Shown here: positions 27,853-36,219 of the stretch, piece after piece
How positions within the stretch are numbered: the stretch's first letter is position 1
Layout of the letters: the number at the start of each line of letters is the position of its first letter
DNA from: Parcubacteria group bacterium Greene0416_36
GTDB lineage: Bacteria > Patescibacteriota > Patescibacteriia > VMEV01
Direction of reading: 5' to 3'
Assembly (NCBI GenBank): GCA_007375725.1
Contig: VMEV01000005.1
Coordinates: 1-57,725, forward strand
DNA: 57,725 nucleotides
Program-made: the position numbers and the translations under genes
Notes under the pieces: generated by a model
The model's input: the letters and a program-made list of their open reading frames with translations, nothing else
Told to the model about the DNA's origin: nothing
Databases searched by the model: none

Positions 27853-29400
27853 ATGTCTCTAATTATCCGCGAAAATATCCCCCTTGCTCCCCTGACGACT
27901 TTCCGAGTCGGCGGGCCGGCGCGTTATTTTGCGGAGGTGGGAAGCAGAGAGGATTTGAAAGAAGCTTCGGCATGGGCAATCGAAAAACAATGCCCGGTTT
28001 TTATTTTTGGGGGGGGGAGCAATGTGCTGGTCAGTGACGAGGGATTTCTTGGCTTAGTGATTCGTCCGAATTTTTTGGGGAAGGAAATTGTCAGAGAGGA
28101 CGGCGAATCCGTGCGGATTCGTTTGGGCTCCGGAGAAGTCTGGGACGAGATGGTCGCGTGGACAGTGGAGAATAATTGGTGGGGAATTGAAAACCTCTCT
28201 CATATTCCCGGACGTGTTGGGGGCCTCGCGGTCCAGAATGTGGGGGCGTATGGGCAAGAGGCTTCTCAGGTGGTCGATTCCGTCGAAGCCTGGGATATTC
28301 AGGATCAAAAAGTAAGAATATTTCAAAAAGAAGAATGCCTATTTCGTTATCGGCAGAGTATTTTTAATGTCGAAGAGAAGGGAACATATGTGATTATTTC
28401 GATTGTTTTAAAATTGAGCAAAATTGCCAGTCCTAAGCTCGATTATCCGGATCTTAAAAAATGCCTGGAGTCCAATGTGAGTCCTTCGATTGGGGATATT
28501 CGCCGCTGTATTATTTCCATTCGCGACGCCAAATTTCCGTTTCCCCGAGAGGCGCAAAACGGTAATGCTGGGTCTTTTTTCAAGAATTTGGTTCTCACCC
28601 AAGATCTATATTCGATTCTTGAATCTTCTGTCGCGAAAAATATTCCGTTAGCATTACCCAAACTTCAAGAAATCAAAAAAAAATTTCCCGACCAAACCGG
28701 AATCAAAATCCCGACCGCCTTCCTCATCGATATTTGCGGCCTCAAGGGCGCATCAGTCGGCGGAGCGAAAATCAACGAAAAACAGCCTCTCGTGATTCTC
28801 AATTATACCGGTAAAGCCATGGCGAAGGATATTTTGGCGCTGGCAGATCAGGTGATAGCCACGTTGCATGAGAAGACGGGGATGAGAGTGGAGAGGGAGG
28901 TGGAGTGGGTGGGGGCAACAAGCAACCGGGCAACCAATCCCCCTCGGTCCCCCTTTGACAAGGGGGAAGAGGATGTTGTTACCCCCTCCCTTGTCAAAGG
29001 GAGGATTGGGGTGGGATTTGTTGCTAGAGGTTTGAATCTCCCCTATAATCAAAAACTAAAAATCTTGGCAAGAGAGAACCGAAAAAATTCGACACCCTCT
29101 GAATCAAAAATGTGGAATGATGTATTGCGTCGCCGTCAATGTAAGGGGCATACGTTTTTGAGACAAAAACCCATGGGTCGCTTCATTTTAGATTTTTATT
29201 GTTCAGAATTATTGTTGGGAATTGAAATCGATGGGAATTATCATACTGATCAGGAAATAAAAGAAAATGACGAAGAAAGATCCGAGTTATTAAAAGAATT
29301 TGGGATTCAGGTAATTCGATATACGAATGAAGAGGTGTTGGAAAATATTGAAGGGGTGAGGGAGGATTTGGGCAAGAGGGTGGGGGAGAGGGAACAATAA
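27853..29400 (+). CDS. murB: UDP-N-acetylenolpyruvoylglucosamine reductase (MurB) fused in frame, through a repeat copy, to a DUF559 endonuclease-like domain
   Basis: The MurB part has LAPLTTFRVGGPARYF and FIFGGGSNVLV. The MurB part ends near 28914, NPE copy h is read through, and the DUF559-like part follows. Confidence 0.75.
   Translation: MSLIIRENIPLAPLTTFRVGGPARYFAEVGSREDLKEASAWAIEKQCPVFIFGGGSNVLVSDEGFLGLVIRPNFLGKEIVREDGESVRIRLGSGEVWDEMVAWTVENNWWGIENLSHIPGRVGGLAVQNVGAYGQEASQVVDSVEAWDIQDQKVRIFQKEECLFRYRQSIFNVEEKGTYVIISIVLKLSKIASPKLDYPDLKKCLESNVSPSIGDIRRCIISIRDAKFPFPREAQNGNAGSFFKNLVLTQDLYSILESSVAKNIPLALPKLQEIKKKFPDQTGIKIPTAFLIDICGLKGASVGGAKINEKQPLVILNYTGKAMAKDILALADQVIATLHEKTGMRVEREVEWVGATSNRATNPPRSPFDKGEEDVVTPSLVKGRIGVGFVARGLNLPYNQKLKILARENRKNSTPSESKMWNDVLRRRQCKGHTFLRQKPMGRFILDFYCSELLLGIEIDGNYHTDQEIKENDEERSELLKEFGIQVIRYTNEEVLENIEGVREDLGKRVGEREQ
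28915..29024. repeat. NPE copy h, R orientation, inside a CDS
   Basis: Read as ATSNRATNPPRSPFDKGEEDVVTPSLVKGRIGVGFVA with no stop in this frame. Confidence 0.85.
29032..29400 (+). other. DUF559 (Vsr-like endonuclease) domain segment of the murB ORF
   Basis: LPYNQKLKILARENRKNSTPSESKMWNDVLRRRQCKGHTFLRQKPMGRFILDFYC...IEIDG...IRYTNEEV matches the stand-alone DUF559 layout. A TTG at 29032 could be an independent start. Confidence 0.6.
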
Positions 29401-29490
29401 AACAACAAATCCCCCTCAATCCCCCTTTGACAAGGGGGAGGAAGCTGCGCCCTCCCTTGTCAAAGGGAGGGTTGAGGTGGGATTTGTTGT
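29401..29490. repeat. NPE copy i, R orientation
   Basis: Starts directly after the stop codon at 29398-29400. Confidence 0.9.
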
Positions 29491-29516
29491 TTTGCTGCTC
29501 TTCAGTTCTTCCCCTC

Positions 29517-29554
29517 AAAAAAAATCAAACAACACCTTGGTTAGGGGTGTTGTT
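29517..29554 (-). terminator. rho-independent terminator of the 181-aa orphan gene
   Basis: Stem AACAACACC / GGTGTTGTT is followed by a T8 run on the minus strand. Confidence 0.65.
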
Positions 29555-29579
29555 ATTTTCGCTTGTATGAAATTTTTTT

Positions 29580-30125
29580 TTACGATGTGGCTTTGAAGTG
29601 CACACATTTGCAATGATAACATTGGCTTTTTCTATCAGCTGCTTCTGCTGCTTCTTTGTAGTGAGCGAATATGTTTGGCAATTCTTCGATTTGCCCACTC
29701 CAGATTTTCTCGGATTCAATTCTAGCGATATACATCTCCTTTCGGATTGTATATTTGTTTATCGTAAGGATACCTGACTTTTTTCCTGCTGTAATAGTAA
29801 CCACTGCGTTTGGGACTGAGAAGTGTGCATGTGTTCCACATGCACGGTGTCCACCACGAGGCATATAATAGGGTTTCAGTGCTTTTCCTGATAACCCACA
29901 AACTATAGTGCCACTGCCAGTATTTGTCATTCCTCCACCTGATTCTTCAACATCGATAGAGAGGGTGGCGTTGGCACATTCGGTTGGAATCCCATATCCA
30001 CCTAGTTCATTTTTTGCTAAATCTACGATGATCGCTCCTTTTACAAGTTTTGCCGTAATCTGACGAGCGGTCAAAGTCGCAACTGTGTTCTGGTTTTCAC
30101 CTTGGATGCGTGCTACAAGTTTCAT
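29580..30125 (-). CDS. hypothetical protein (181 aa, orphan)
   Basis: It has its own promoter, a long leader and a terminator. The C-terminal CYHCKC cluster is notable. No family recognised. Confidence 0.55.
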   Translation of the reverse strand: MKLVARIQGENQNTVATLTARQITAKLVKGAIIVDLAKNELGGYGIPTECANATLSIDVEESGGGMTNTGSGTIVCGLSGKALKPYYMPRGGHRACGTHAHFSVPNAVVTITAGKKSGILTINKYTIRKEMYIARIESEKIWSGQIEELPNIFAHYKEAAEAADRKSQCYHCKCVHFKATS

Positions 30126-30190
30126 GGTTTTTTCCTTGAAAAAATTTTGTGTCCGTGGAAATTGCTTCCGTGGACGTAAAAAATAGATAA

Positions 30191-30218
30191 CCGAAAGTTA
30201 GGTTTGAAAAGCACCGAT
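30191..30218 (-). promoter_or_regulatory. 28-nt leader motif (copy B)
   Basis: It is the exact reverse complement of 72..99 (ATCGGTGCTTTTCAAACCTAACTTTCGG in gene orientation). Confidence 0.6.
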
Positions 30219-30261
30219 GAGGTGTTTTTGGGGCCTAACTCTCAGCAAATGTACTGTGTAT

Positions 30262-30290
30262 ATAATACCATTATTATTATTATTTGTCAA
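30262..30290 (-). promoter_or_regulatory. near-consensus sigma70 promoter
   Basis: On the minus strand TTGACA (30285-30290), a 17-nt spacer and TATTAT (30262-30267) are present. Confidence 0.6.
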
Positions 30291-30317
30291 AATAGGCGAA
30301 TGTTAGGTAAATAATTA

Positions 30318-30411
30318 GCAACAAACCCCTCCCCAACCCTCCCTTTGACAAGGGAGGGGGCAACAACACCCCTTCCCCCTTGTCAAAGGGGGACCGAGGG
30401 GGATTTGTTGC
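30318..30411. repeat. NPE copy j, F orientation
   Basis: Full element. It contains the stop codon and last codons of the MurD-like gene on the minus strand. Confidence 0.9.
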
Positions 30412-31774
30412 TGGTTGTCTGCTGTTTGAATTGTTCCCCCCTCTCCTCGAAATTCTTAAACCTCCCATAACTCGGTGCTGCGGGTGAGAGGAGAATAACC
30501 CCGCCTTTTGGCGTGAGTCTTTGCGCTCGTTTGACTGCATCGGTCAAGTCTGTAGATTCCTCCACTATCGGGGATGTCTTTTTTTGTCTCCCGAGTTCCG
30601 CGCGGATCGCCGCGGCAATTTTGGGGCCGCTGTCCGGCATGGTGACGACCGCGTGAATGGCATGATCCACGAGATATTGGGCGAGTTCTTCCCACTGGAG
30701 ACCGCGGTTAAATCCGCCGAGAAGAATAGTGACCGATTTATCAGGAAATGCTTCGATGGCGGCGATGGCCGACTGTGGCGTGGTGGAGATACTGTCATCC
30801 ACATACAGAATGCCATTTTTCTCGCCGAGCCGGGTCAGGCGGTGAGGCAGGGGCTGGAATGAGCCGATGGTCGAGAGTGCTTTCGTGATATCGAGACCCA
30901 GAGCTGAGACCACGGTTAGGGCGGCGGCGAGATTGGAGAGGTTGTGCGCCCCCAACAGCGGGATTTGATCGGCGCCAATGACGCGGTGCCCGCCTTCGTA
31001 AACGGCATGATTTCGGACATTGAATCCTTCGGGGTCATTGAAATAAATCGTATTGGGCAAATAAGGGAGCAGTCGGACGGTATTTTTATCGGTTTGGTTG
31101 AGAATGGCGATATTGCCGCCGAGTCGGTGGAGTAAATTGAGTTTGTCTTGGTAATACGTTTTTTCGTTCCCGTGCCAGTCCAGATGTTCGGGGAAGAGAT
31201 TCACGAGCACCGCCATTCCCGGCCTGCCGTCGAAATCCGCGGCTTGGTAACTGGACATTTCGATCACCCATATCTCGTCTTTTTGCGGCGCATTCATGGA
31301 AAATAAAGGCACTCCGATATTGCCGGCGAGCACGACTTTTTTTCCCGCGGCCGAGAGCAAGTGTGCAACCAGCGAGCTGGTGGTGCTTTTGCCCTTGGTG
31401 CCGGTCACGCAAATAGAAGCGGTCCCTGGATATTCTCCAAACCAAAGATTGGTGGGGGTGGTGAAAATCACGCCTTTGTTTTTTGCTTCGAGTATTGCTT
31501 GTTTGTATCTCGAAATGCCTGGAGTTTTGATGATGATGTCAAAAGCCGTCAAAATTTCGGTAGTCACGGTTCCGATTCTGATATGATTTCTAGGGTTTTT
31601 CGCCAATTCTTGTTCGTCTTGAGGATCAATCGGCGTGTCATTGAGCAGGCAGAAATCTTGTTCGGGTAATTGTTTCCTGATCGCTTCTAGAGTGGCTTTG
31701 ATTTCTCGTCCGATTCCCCAGAGGGCGACTTTTTTATTGGCGAGATTGGAGAGTGTCATAGAGAATTTTTTCAA
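30383..31774 (-). CDS. murD: Mur ligase, MurD2-type (UDP-MurNAc-L-Ala--glutamate ligase)
   Basis: VALWGIGREIKA N-terminus, GTKGKSTT P-loop, and NLFPEHLDWHG in place of the usual MurD DHLDRH. Confidence 0.7.
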   Translation of the reverse strand: MKKFSMTLSNLANKKVALWGIGREIKATLEAIRKQLPEQDFCLLNDTPIDPQDEQELAKNPRNHIRIGTVTTEILTAFDIIIKTPGISRYKQAILEAKNKGVIFTTPTNLWFGEYPGTASICVTGTKGKSTTSSLVAHLLSAAGKKVVLAGNIGVPLFSMNAPQKDEIWVIEMSSYQAADFDGRPGMAVLVNLFPEHLDWHGNEKTYYQDKLNLLHRLGGNIAILNQTDKNTVRLLPYLPNTIYFNDPEGFNVRNHAVYEGGHRVIGADQIPLLGAHNLSNLAAALTVVSALGLDITKALSTIGSFQPLPHRLTRLGEKNGILYVDDSISTTPQSAIAAIEAFPDKSVTILLGGFNRGLQWEELAQYLVDHAIHAVVTMPDSGPKIAAAIRAELGRQKKTSPIVEESTDLTDAVKRAQRLTPKGGVILLSPAAPSYGRFKNFEERGEQFKQQTTSNKSPSVPL

Positions 31775-33095
31775 AATGAGGCGATAAATTATGCGGAAGG
31801 GAAGGTGTGAGCACTTCTGTGATTATTTCTTCGGGATTCTGAATTTGAGGCAATATATTTTTCGTAAAATTTTTCACAATCAGATCCTCGGCCCAATCTT
31901 TTTTTTCTGAGAGTAAAATAAAGGCGGCCATGGATTCGATGGTTTCCCCCACGCATTCAAAAGGCTTATGATCATTGATTCCCAAGAGCGCGTCAAATCC
32001 GGCAATTTGGTTTTCATCGGCGAGTAAATTAGCTCCGAAAATCGAGAGGATTTTTTGTTTCTCAATAAAAGGAGCGAGAGCCAAGAAGACAAACCGGCAT
32101 TTGGGACAGTCCAGGCACCATCGGCTGGTCCTTCTGGTTTTGTCGATGCGAAAAGCGGCATTACAGCTCGTGAATACGGAGTGATAGGGTTCCATTTTGG
32201 CGAAAAGTTTTGCGATATGGAGTTCGGACAGAGGGCGAAGAAACGAAAAATAGTTGAAGTTTTCCAGGATGTGCGTCCGAAAAAAAGCGTTCGCGTCTTT
32301 TTCGAATTCTAGACTTTTGGTGTATTGATGATTGATGTTCATTCCTAGGTATTCCAGATTTCCAACATTCGCGGATCTTTCATTTGAGAGAGCGGAGGCA
32401 TCAAAATCATATAGAACCGAAGAGGCAGCGAGAGCAAAAGCAATAATGGAAGAAATAGGAATATGCCCATTATAAGCACCTAGCGTATTGAGTTCAAATA
32501 ATTGGGGAGATAGTCTTCTGGTAATCGTGATTTTAGAAATTCCTGAAATTTTGGCGGTATTTTCTGTGGCCGGATTATTTCCGATGGAAAATAAGATCAT
32601 GGGTTCGCCAGCCTTTTTCAATATTTCAATAGTCACCGCTGAGTCTTTGCCGCCTCCAACAGGCACAGCGGTTTTTTTGTGGAGAATTAAATCACTGGCT
32701 TGGGCCTTTATTTTTTCATCAAATGGAAAATGAATGCGGTCTTGCAGATCGAGTTTGTTTTTATAAGCGAATTCGCCGAGTCCCAATAAATAAAGTTTGT
32801 TGAAGAAATCAGCCGCACTTTTGGGAATGGCTCCGGTTTCAATCTCGATTTTAGGTGGGCAGGCGGTTTTGTAATAACTCGTTCCCGCAGTCAGATGCAG
32901 GTATTTAAAGGCGGTGTCTAGAGCCGTTTTTTTCTCGGGCGTGAGCCCGGTCATTCCTTCTTTGGGAAATTCCCAAACTTCTTCAAAATAAATAGAATCG
33001 TCTAGGGCATAGACGAGTGTGAGGGCGGCTGAGGATTCATCGAATGTGTATGAGACGAATCGGAAGGTTTGGATGGAGGCGGGGGAGAAGGGCAT
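31734..33095 (-). CDS. murL: putative MurL-type UDP-MurNAc-L-Ala-L-Glu epimerase (PP-loop-like ATP-binding protein)
   Basis: It overlaps the MurD2-like gene. VPVGGGKDSAVT is a PP-loop-like motif. A CLDCPKC cysteine pair is present. The family call rests on context plus motifs. Confidence 0.5.
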   Translation of the reverse strand: MPFSPASIQTFRFVSYTFDESSAALTLVYALDDSIYFEEVWEFPKEGMTGLTPEKKTALDTAFKYLHLTAGTSYYKTACPPKIEIETGAIPKSAADFFNKLYLLGLGEFAYKNKLDLQDRIHFPFDEKIKAQASDLILHKKTAVPVGGGKDSAVTIEILKKAGEPMILFSIGNNPATENTAKISGISKITITRRLSPQLFELNTLGAYNGHIPISSIIAFALAASSVLYDFDASALSNERSANVGNLEYLGMNINHQYTKSLEFEKDANAFFRTHILENFNYFSFLRPLSELHIAKLFAKMEPYHSVFTSCNAAFRIDKTRRTSRWCLDCPKCRFVFLALAPFIEKQKILSIFGANLLADENQIAGFDALLGINDHKPFECVGETIESMAAFILLSEKKDWAEDLIVKNFTKNILPQIQNPEEIITEVLTPSLPHNLSPHFEKILYDTLQSRQ

Positions 33096-33183
33096 GGGTG
33101 ATTATAAATAGATTGAGTGCTTGGCGTGTGGCCCCACTACGCCTGCGGCTACGCGGGACACTTCGCTCCGCGATTTTATGGAA

Positions 33184-33258
33184 TGGTGGGGCGTGAAGGT
33201 ATCGAACCTTCGACCGTTTGCTTAAAAGGCAACTGCTCTACCCCTGAGCTAACGCCCC
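33184..33258 (-). tRNA. trnK: tRNA-Lys (TTT), CCA encoded
   Basis: Acceptor GGGGCGT/ACGCCCC, anticodon loop CTTTTAA, T-arm GAAGG-TTCGATA-CCTTC, 3' ACCA. Confidence 0.85.
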
Positions 33259-33265
33259 AAATATA

Positions 33266-33351
33266 ATTAAAAATTCAAAATGCAAAATTCAAAAATAAAA
33301 GCCAAAATATTGGGTATTTCATTTTTAATTTTTAATTTTGCATTTTGAATT
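33266..33351. repeat. heptamer-arm hairpin (AAAATTC-type arms)
   Basis: Arms AATTAAAAATTCAAAATGCAAAATTCAAAAAT and ATTTTTAATTTTTAATTTTGCATTTTGAATT. Confidence 0.75.
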
Positions 33352-33474
33352 GACGCCAAGTCCATCTGCAATAGGGAGACTAACATATCAAATAAAAATT
33401 CGCAAACAAAAAAACCACTTACCGCCCCACAAAATCCAGTTGCCAAAAAAACCTCTTTTTTGCTACTATCGGTT

Positions 33475-33528
33475 CAGCTTCTTAGCTTGTAGCTTCATTA
33501 GCTTCATTAGCTTCTTTAGCTTCTTTAG
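33475..33528. repeat. tandem AGCTTC-containing 7-9 nt units (single arm)
   Basis: CAGCTTCTTAGCTTGTAGCTTCATTAGCTTCATTAGCTTCTTTAGCTTCTTTAG. The unit type is the same as the arms at 6324-6538. Confidence 0.75.
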
Positions 33529-33589
33529 AAACACAACATCCATCATCCTAACGAAGCGAGTGGAGCTATTACCTAAATATCTAATTCCC

Positions 33590-33665
33590 GGGCTTGTAGC
33601 TCAGCTGGTAGAGCGTTGCATTCGCATTGCAGAGGCCGTCGGTTCGATTCCGATCAAGTCCACCA
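33590..33665 (+). tRNA. trnA: tRNA-Ala (CGC), CCA encoded
   Basis: Acceptor GGGCTTG/CAAGTCC with a G3-U70 pair, anticodon loop TTCGCAT, 3' ACCA. Confidence 0.88.
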
Positions 33666-33704
33666 CAAAGAAACAATTCCCATATTTCGGTGATTTTTTT
33701 ATTT

Positions 33705-34844
33705 ATGAATATTGGTATTGACATTCGTTCGGTGGTTTCCGGACCTGTCGCTGGAGTAGGGGAATATACTTTTCGAATTATTCAAGCCATGTCGGCAAAA
33801 GATCAGGACAATGAATATTTTTTGTTTTATAATTCTTGGGCCAGCGTTTCCGTCCCATTTGTAGCAGGTCGGAATGTGCATGTCATCGGTACTCATTATC
33901 CAAATAAAATTCTCAACCAGTCATTTCGATTTTTATCTCGGCCTAAGATGGAGTCATTAGTGGGGACGAAACTTGATTTTTTTTGGCTTCCTAATTGGAA
34001 TTTTTATCCGCGAGATCCGAGTCTGCCCTATATTTTGACTGTCCATGACCTGTCTCCCTTTATTGAGCCGTCTTTTTTTTCGTGGAAAAGAAGATTATGG
34101 CACCGCTGGATCGGGGCCTTGGATTTAATCGAAAACGCTTCACATATTGTGGCTGTGTCGGAAAATACCAAAAGAGATATCATGCAAATTTGTGATATTT
34201 CGGCAGAAAAAATTTCGGTCGTGTATTCGGGGGTGGACTGTGAATTCGAAGAAACGCCAAACGAGGAAGATCTGCGGCGAGTTATTTTAAAATATAATCT
34301 CCCCGCTAAATTTATTTTATTTTTAGGCACGATCGAGCCGCGGAAAAATGTGGAGGGACTCATCGAGGCTTTTTCCAGAATGGCGGTTGGGGAAAATCGA
34401 GATTTGCATCTGGTGATCGCCGGCGGCTGGGGATGGAATTATGGGGGTGTCTTGGCGGCTCATCTGCATTCTCCGGCACGGGACCGCATTCATTTTTTGG
34501 GTTATATTAAAAGGGAAGAGAAGCTGTCCCTCTATCATCTCTCTCGCTCTTTTGCTTTTCCGTCTTTCTACGAGGGCTTTGGTTTCCCTCCTCTGGAAGC
34601 TGCTATGGCGGGAAAGGCGATTGTCTCGTCTTACTCCTCTTCGCTCGGCAAAATTCTTCCCCGATCGGCTATTCTGGTCGATCCGTACGATATTTCCGAA
34701 TTGTCTCGGGCGCTCATTGCATCCTTGGGACGCGAGACATCCGTATATGAGAGAGTTGAGATTACTAAGAGATTCTCGTGGGAGAGGGCGGGGAGGGAGA
34801 TGGAAGAAATAATTAAGAATGATGAATTACGAATGACGAATTAA
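33705..34844 (+). CDS. glycosyltransferase, GT4/GT1 family
   Basis: FLGTIEPRKN and FPSFYEGFGFPPLEAAMAG motifs. The ATG at 33705 was chosen because the longer ORF overlaps tRNA-Ala. Confidence 0.75.
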   Translation: MNIGIDIRSVVSGPVAGVGEYTFRIIQAMSAKDQDNEYFLFYNSWASVSVPFVAGRNVHVIGTHYPNKILNQSFRFLSRPKMESLVGTKLDFFWLPNWNFYPRDPSLPYILTVHDLSPFIEPSFFSWKRRLWHRWIGALDLIENASHIVAVSENTKRDIMQICDISAEKISVVYSGVDCEFEETPNEEDLRRVILKYNLPAKFILFLGTIEPRKNVEGLIEAFSRMAVGENRDLHLVIAGGWGWNYGGVLAAHLHSPARDRIHFLGYIKREEKLSLYHLSRSFAFPSFYEGFGFPPLEAAMAGKAIVSSYSSSLGKILPRSAILVDPYDISELSRALIASLGRETSVYERVEITKRFSWERAGREMEEIIKNDELRMTN

Positions 34845-34918
34845 ACAGCCGCAACAAATCCCTCCCCAACCCTCCCTTTGACAAGGGAGGGGGTAGCAGC
34901 CTCCCCTTATTCGTAATT
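34812..34918. repeat. heptamer-arm hairpin interrupted by NPE copy k
   Basis: Left arm AATTAAGAATGATGAATTACGAATGACGAATTA, then AACAGCC, then the truncated NPE, then the short right arm TTATTCGTAATTTT. Confidence 0.7.
34851..34908. repeat. NPE copy k, F orientation, truncated (left half only)
   Basis: The left TIR, first hairpin and GGTAGCAGCC linker are present. The second hairpin and right TIR are absent. Confidence 0.85.
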
Positions 34919-34920
34919 TT

Positions 34921-36090
34921 ATGACCATCGGCATTGACGCCCGTTTTTACGGCACGCTCGGCAAAGGCCTGGGCCGCTATACTCAGCGACTGATTGAGTA
35001 TATCGAGCCGCTCGACCGTGAAAATCAGTATGTGATTTTTCTGCGGCGGGAGAATTGGGAGGAATACACTCCTCGGTTTTCGAATTTTCGAAAAGTGTTG
35101 GCGCCTTACTCTTGGTATGGTTTTAGCGAACAGATTTTTTTCCCGTTTTTGATTTGGAAAGAGGGGATAGATCTGATGCATTTCCCCCATTTCAATGTGC
35201 CGATTTTATGTCCAGCGCCTCTGGTTGTGACCATACATGATTTGATTCTTCTGGATTTTCCGACGCCCCGCGCCACTGCGCTCGGTCCGGTTATTTATAA
35301 AATCAAAGAGGCCGTCTATCATATCGTGATCCGAATGGCCATCTGGAGGGCAAAAAGGGTTATTACCATTTCTGAATACACCAAAAAACGCCTCATGGCT
35401 TATTTTCGTCGGTCAGAGAATAAAATCGCCGTAATTTATCAGTCCGGCAGGGTGAATATTTGCCAAGAAGGACCAGGCCGTGCCAGCGGAAAAAATGACT
35501 CTAGCCGTGATATTATTCGTCCTTATTTTTTGTATGTAGGCAATGCTTATCCCCACAAAAATTTGGAGGGACTGCTTCGGGCTTATAAAGTGTTTGTGCA
35601 TAAAAATGGATTCACTCATCAGCTCGTTTTGGTAGGCAAAATGGATTATTTTTACGAAGGCGTGAAAAAGCTGGCGGGGGAATTGGGCCTGCTCGAATCT
35701 CCAGACGGGGTGAGTCCGGTGATTTTTCGAGGACAGGTGTCGGATTGTGAACTCTGTTTTATTTATCGAAGTGCTTTTTGTTATGTCTTTCCTTCTTTTG
35801 TGGAAGGTTTTGGCCTCCCGCCTCTGGAAGCCATGAACTATGGCATTCCCGTTTTATCTTCCAACCGATCGTGTCTTCCTGAAATTCTGGGAGATGGGGC
35901 TCTTTTTTTCGATCCCGGGAATGAAGCGGAATTTGTAGAGTCCCTGATTCGCATTTCCCAAGATGATCTCTTGCGAACGGATTTAGTCGAGAAGGGTTAC
36001 CGTACGACCCAAAAATACTCCTGGGAGAAGTTTGCGAGGGAGACGCTGGGGGTTTATCAGAAAGAAATCCCACCCCAACCCTCCCTTTGA
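34921..36090 (+). CDS. glycosyltransferase, GT4/GT1 family
   Basis: FLYVGNAYPHKN and FPSFVEGFGLPPLEAMNYG motifs. The stop codon lies inside NPE copy l. Confidence 0.75.
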   Translation: MTIGIDARFYGTLGKGLGRYTQRLIEYIEPLDRENQYVIFLRRENWEEYTPRFSNFRKVLAPYSWYGFSEQIFFPFLIWKEGIDLMHFPHFNVPILCPAPLVVTIHDLILLDFPTPRATALGPVIYKIKEAVYHIVIRMAIWRAKRVITISEYTKKRLMAYFRRSENKIAVIYQSGRVNICQEGPGRASGKNDSSRDIIRPYFLYVGNAYPHKNLEGLLRAYKVFVHKNGFTHQLVLVGKMDYFYEGVKKLAGELGLLESPDGVSPVIFRGQVSDCELCFIYRSAFCYVFPSFVEGFGLPPLEAMNYGIPVLSSNRSCLPEILGDGALFFDPGNEAEFVESLIRISQDDLLRTDLVEKGYRTTQKYSWEKFARETLGVYQKEIPPQPSL

Positions 36091-36153
36091 CAAGGGAGGG
36101 CGCAATAGCACCCCTTCCCCCTTGTCAAAGGGGGACCGAGGGGGATTTGTTGC
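36061..36153. repeat. NPE copy l, F orientation
   Basis: Full element. The TGA of its TTTGACAAG supplies the stop of the preceding gene. Confidence 0.9.
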
Positions 36154-36155
36154 CG

Positions 36156-36214
36156 CTACCTCCTACCTCCTACTTCCTACCTCCTACTTCCTACAACCTA
36201 CTTCCTACCTCCTA
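36156..36214 (+). repeat. tandem heptamer array CTACCTC/CTACTTC x8
   Basis: Strict 7-nt period. It ends 5 nt before the ATG at 36220. Confidence 0.9.
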
Positions 36215-36219
36215 ATGCT

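Noticed and set aside
36156-36214. The tandem heptamer arrays and the dispersed NPE copies considered as a possible CRISPR array
   Set aside because: The unit length is 7 nt with no spacers. The ~90-bp elements are kilobases apart at irregular spacing and in both orientations. No cas genes are present.
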